A stretch of DNA of 50,473 bases, the filler included, from Sphacelaria rigidula (Eukaryota), in assembly GCA_964200075.2 (NCBI GenBank). It is 2 parts of 2 records of this genome, joined end to end, with 100 filler letters (N's around TTAATTAATTAA, not from the genome) between each part and the next. Parts side by side here need not be neighbours in the genome. Positions count along the whole stretch, not along the records: positions 25,298 to 50,473 come from CAXNAA020000176.1; 1 more part is not named here. One strand, 5' to 3'. Of this stretch, positions 48,012-50,473 are shown one piece after another. Each line of letters starts with the position of its first letter. Within the stretch, counting starts at the first letter, position 1. Under the pieces are notes generated by a model that saw nothing but the letters and a program-made list of their open reading frames with translations, was not told where the DNA came from and did no database searches. The translations under genes and the position numbers were made by a program.

Positions 48012-50210
48012 AGGATAAGGGGTGGGTACGAGTTTATTGAGGCGAAACAGGGTCCAACTCACAGTCTGTCTCTTGGGGGAGGGAAATGGCAGAGCTTGTG
48101 CGAAAAGCTTGTCAATCATACATCGTGTAGTATCGGTGAGGTTGAAAATATACAGCAGAAAACGGAAAGGGGTACCGATACATCACTCTGTAGCAGTGTA
48201 CAAATACTGCAGATTGAGGGAAAAGTTACGGGAGTGGTCGAACGCGCCAGGGTTCAAATCACGATCCCATTGATGAAGTCGTGAAGGAGCTAATGCGAAA
48301 AGTTGGCATGCCATGTTTGGAATATTCTGCACCGAACTAGTCTCCCTTTGTCCTGCAAAACAAAAACTAGTCTACAGTCTGGGTAACTCACTTTTTTTTA
48401 GGCTTGCAATGTTGCCATAGTCACATGACACATGGCACGGTAGTACACGAGAACAAGAACCAAGCTACCATAGCAAAATGCAAACATTAGCCCATACATT
48501 GCTCTGAAGCAATACTAACTACTGAAGCCGTAGCTCAAATGTACTCCCGTGTAGGGCACGGATCCAGCAGATGGTCAAGCAGCAGACAGTTTCGCATTTG
48601 CAAGCTTGTACAAGAGTACCTCTCCCCATGAGGTCATGTTGGAAAGTGAGATGTGGTGCGGTTGTTTTCTTATCGTCTGAGTTGCTCGCCAGATTGTAAT
48701 CCCATCCGCAAGCTCGTCCTGTAGCTCGCGCCTAATGATAATCGCAACCGTAGCGGCAGCGGCCCACCAAACGGCAGCAGCAGGCAATACTTGAATCTCC
48801 GCGCATCGATTGGACAATGATTTCAAGTGATGGTCGTTGTTGCTGCTTCTCAGCAAGAAGAGAATGAGAGGGGAAGGTGATTCAATAATAATGAAGTCAG
48901 TGTCCCATAGCCTTCCCGTCGCATTATATGTACAAAAGAGGTTGAGTCGACATTCCCACCACGAACGTTCGCCCCGAAGAACGGGAAGGTGGGCGAAATG
49001 TTTACCGCAAGGGGAGTGAATGACTCCCCGGCAACATTGAAGAACTTCATTTCGGGGGAAAGTATGGTATAAACGCATGAGTTTGGGCAACAAATACTAA
49101 ACCCCACCTATGTCAAAACCTTCAACAGCGAAGGACGATGTAGCTAGCGATCGTTGCCGAGGCAAAAAAACATCAATGCACCAACAATAGAAATGTCAGT
49201 CAGCATGCCTTTAGTGACAGCGATCGATGGTGTGTGTTCTCGAGGGCAAATCTCTGGTCTCAGTAGGCGCCGTTCCAGCAGCAGAGAGAGTCAGTTAACA
49301 GATCACGTCGGTATCTACAAACTTCGCGATGCTCGCTTCGTATGGTGTCGTCGTCCACCCATATTGTACTTACTGGACACGAGCCCCTCGGACTAAAGTT
49401 GACTCGGAATTCCTTCCCCATCCACGGTTTGACCCTCAGGGTAAGTCATCCGAGTCCTTCATTCTTTTTTCAATTGAAAATCGTCCCTTCCGAACAGGTG
49501 ACCACCCACGGCGATCAAAGGGACGATCTGGGTCTCGAATCCACTTTTGAAGTGCAAATTATGCCAATTCAACATATGGCCCATCCTAGCCTTGGATGGA
49601 TCAACCCTTCGAGCGCAGCGTCTCGTTTCGGTACAATATTTTCGAGTGACCGTCCCACGGGAGAAGTGCACATGCACCATGTTATTTCCGCGTTTTAAAC
49701 ACGGTACAGTTCTCTCCTTGAGCCCTACCAACTGCAGGCCGAGGATCTTCCCCCCCCCCTACGCCCTCGGAGGCCCTCGAGCATATAAAACCCCTATGTG
49801 GATAACAGAAACCCTGTTGTCCCCGTTTCATCAGTATACCCGATTGAACAATGCCTTTACCCCCAAGGGATCGCCTGTGCACGAGCTCAATGCCGAAGGG
49901 TTTTTCTCTCCGTTCTCTCTGGCGCCGGCGGCCGTGGGTTTTTGGTGTCTGGATCTGAGTTTCTAGTGGCATGGTGGATGAAAAAACGCCCCTGCTGTAC
50001 GACTTACTAACACACCCTGCATACACTGGACTACACTGCACTGCTCATCGAAAAGACTTTTCTGAGAAAGTCCTCCGGGTCGAGATTTTAAACGGTTCGA
50101 TGCTTTCCCCTCAGTTCAGTGAGCTTGGAAGGCTGTATCTTCTTGCTAACTCTTGACGTGGGTTTCGGTAGAGGAATGCTTTTCTCAACGGGTTTTAGTA
50201 CATTTTCATA

Positions 50211-50400
50211 TGTGTGTCGTGTTCTCATCCCATCTATTCTTCTACTGGACGCTAGTCTACACCTGACGATACATGTGAGCGCATCAGCCGGGATCATACC
50301 GGAGGGTCAACACAGGATTCCTTGTTTTAGTTTTGTTTTTTGGTACCCAGCGGTCCCTTCCCTCGCCGATCGTGGAGTCGAATTTTGGGTACCCACGATA
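50211..50400 (-). mobile_element. SINE family A, copy 3 (head missing, interrupted by a TACAGGCTGGGCCAACC terminus at 50405)
   Basis: CATCTATTCT...AGTCTACACCT...GCGCATCAGCCGGG...GTCCCTTCCCTCG...GTACCCACGA matches copies 1 and 2. Confidence 0.75.
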
Positions 50401-50473
50401 CAGTTACAGGCTGGGCCAACCTACAAGCGGATTCGAACTTTGCAGGCGAATTCGCATTTTTTTTCTTGGAGTT

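Noticed and set aside
1..50473. Endogenous giant-virus genes, Fanzor/TnpB or Polinton
   Set aside because: There are no long intronless ORFs, and no RuvC, capsid, pPolB or packaging-ATPase motifs were recognised.

Overview
This is a gene-poor, repeat-saturated eukaryotic window. It is probably a stramenopile, most likely a brown alga; that is an inference from intron style, the Copia lineage and TACAG/GTAC-rich simple sequence. Three host genes can be supported: a two-exon TLC (TRAM/LAG1/CLN8) membrane protein gene (21624-23488, +), three spliced exons of an ankyrin-repeat gene (26391-25500, -) that runs into an artificial contig linker at 25198-25297, and tRNA-Ser(TGA) (46449-46529, +). Nearly everything else is transposon-derived: a full-length but decayed Ty1/Copia element with two LTRs (1915-7571), two tRNA-derived SINE families with three copies each, piggyBac-, Harbinger-, TA-TSD- and hAT-like non-autonomous elements, several hAT transposase relics, possible Helitron relics and local tandem arrays. 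The most unusual structure is a modular family of ~450-500 bp arms present five times. Four arms form two inverted pairs, and other palindromic modules sit at the same nucleotide positions in independent copies, one of them in opposite orientations. All alignments were made by eye, and TE boundaries are approximate unless exact motifs are quoted.
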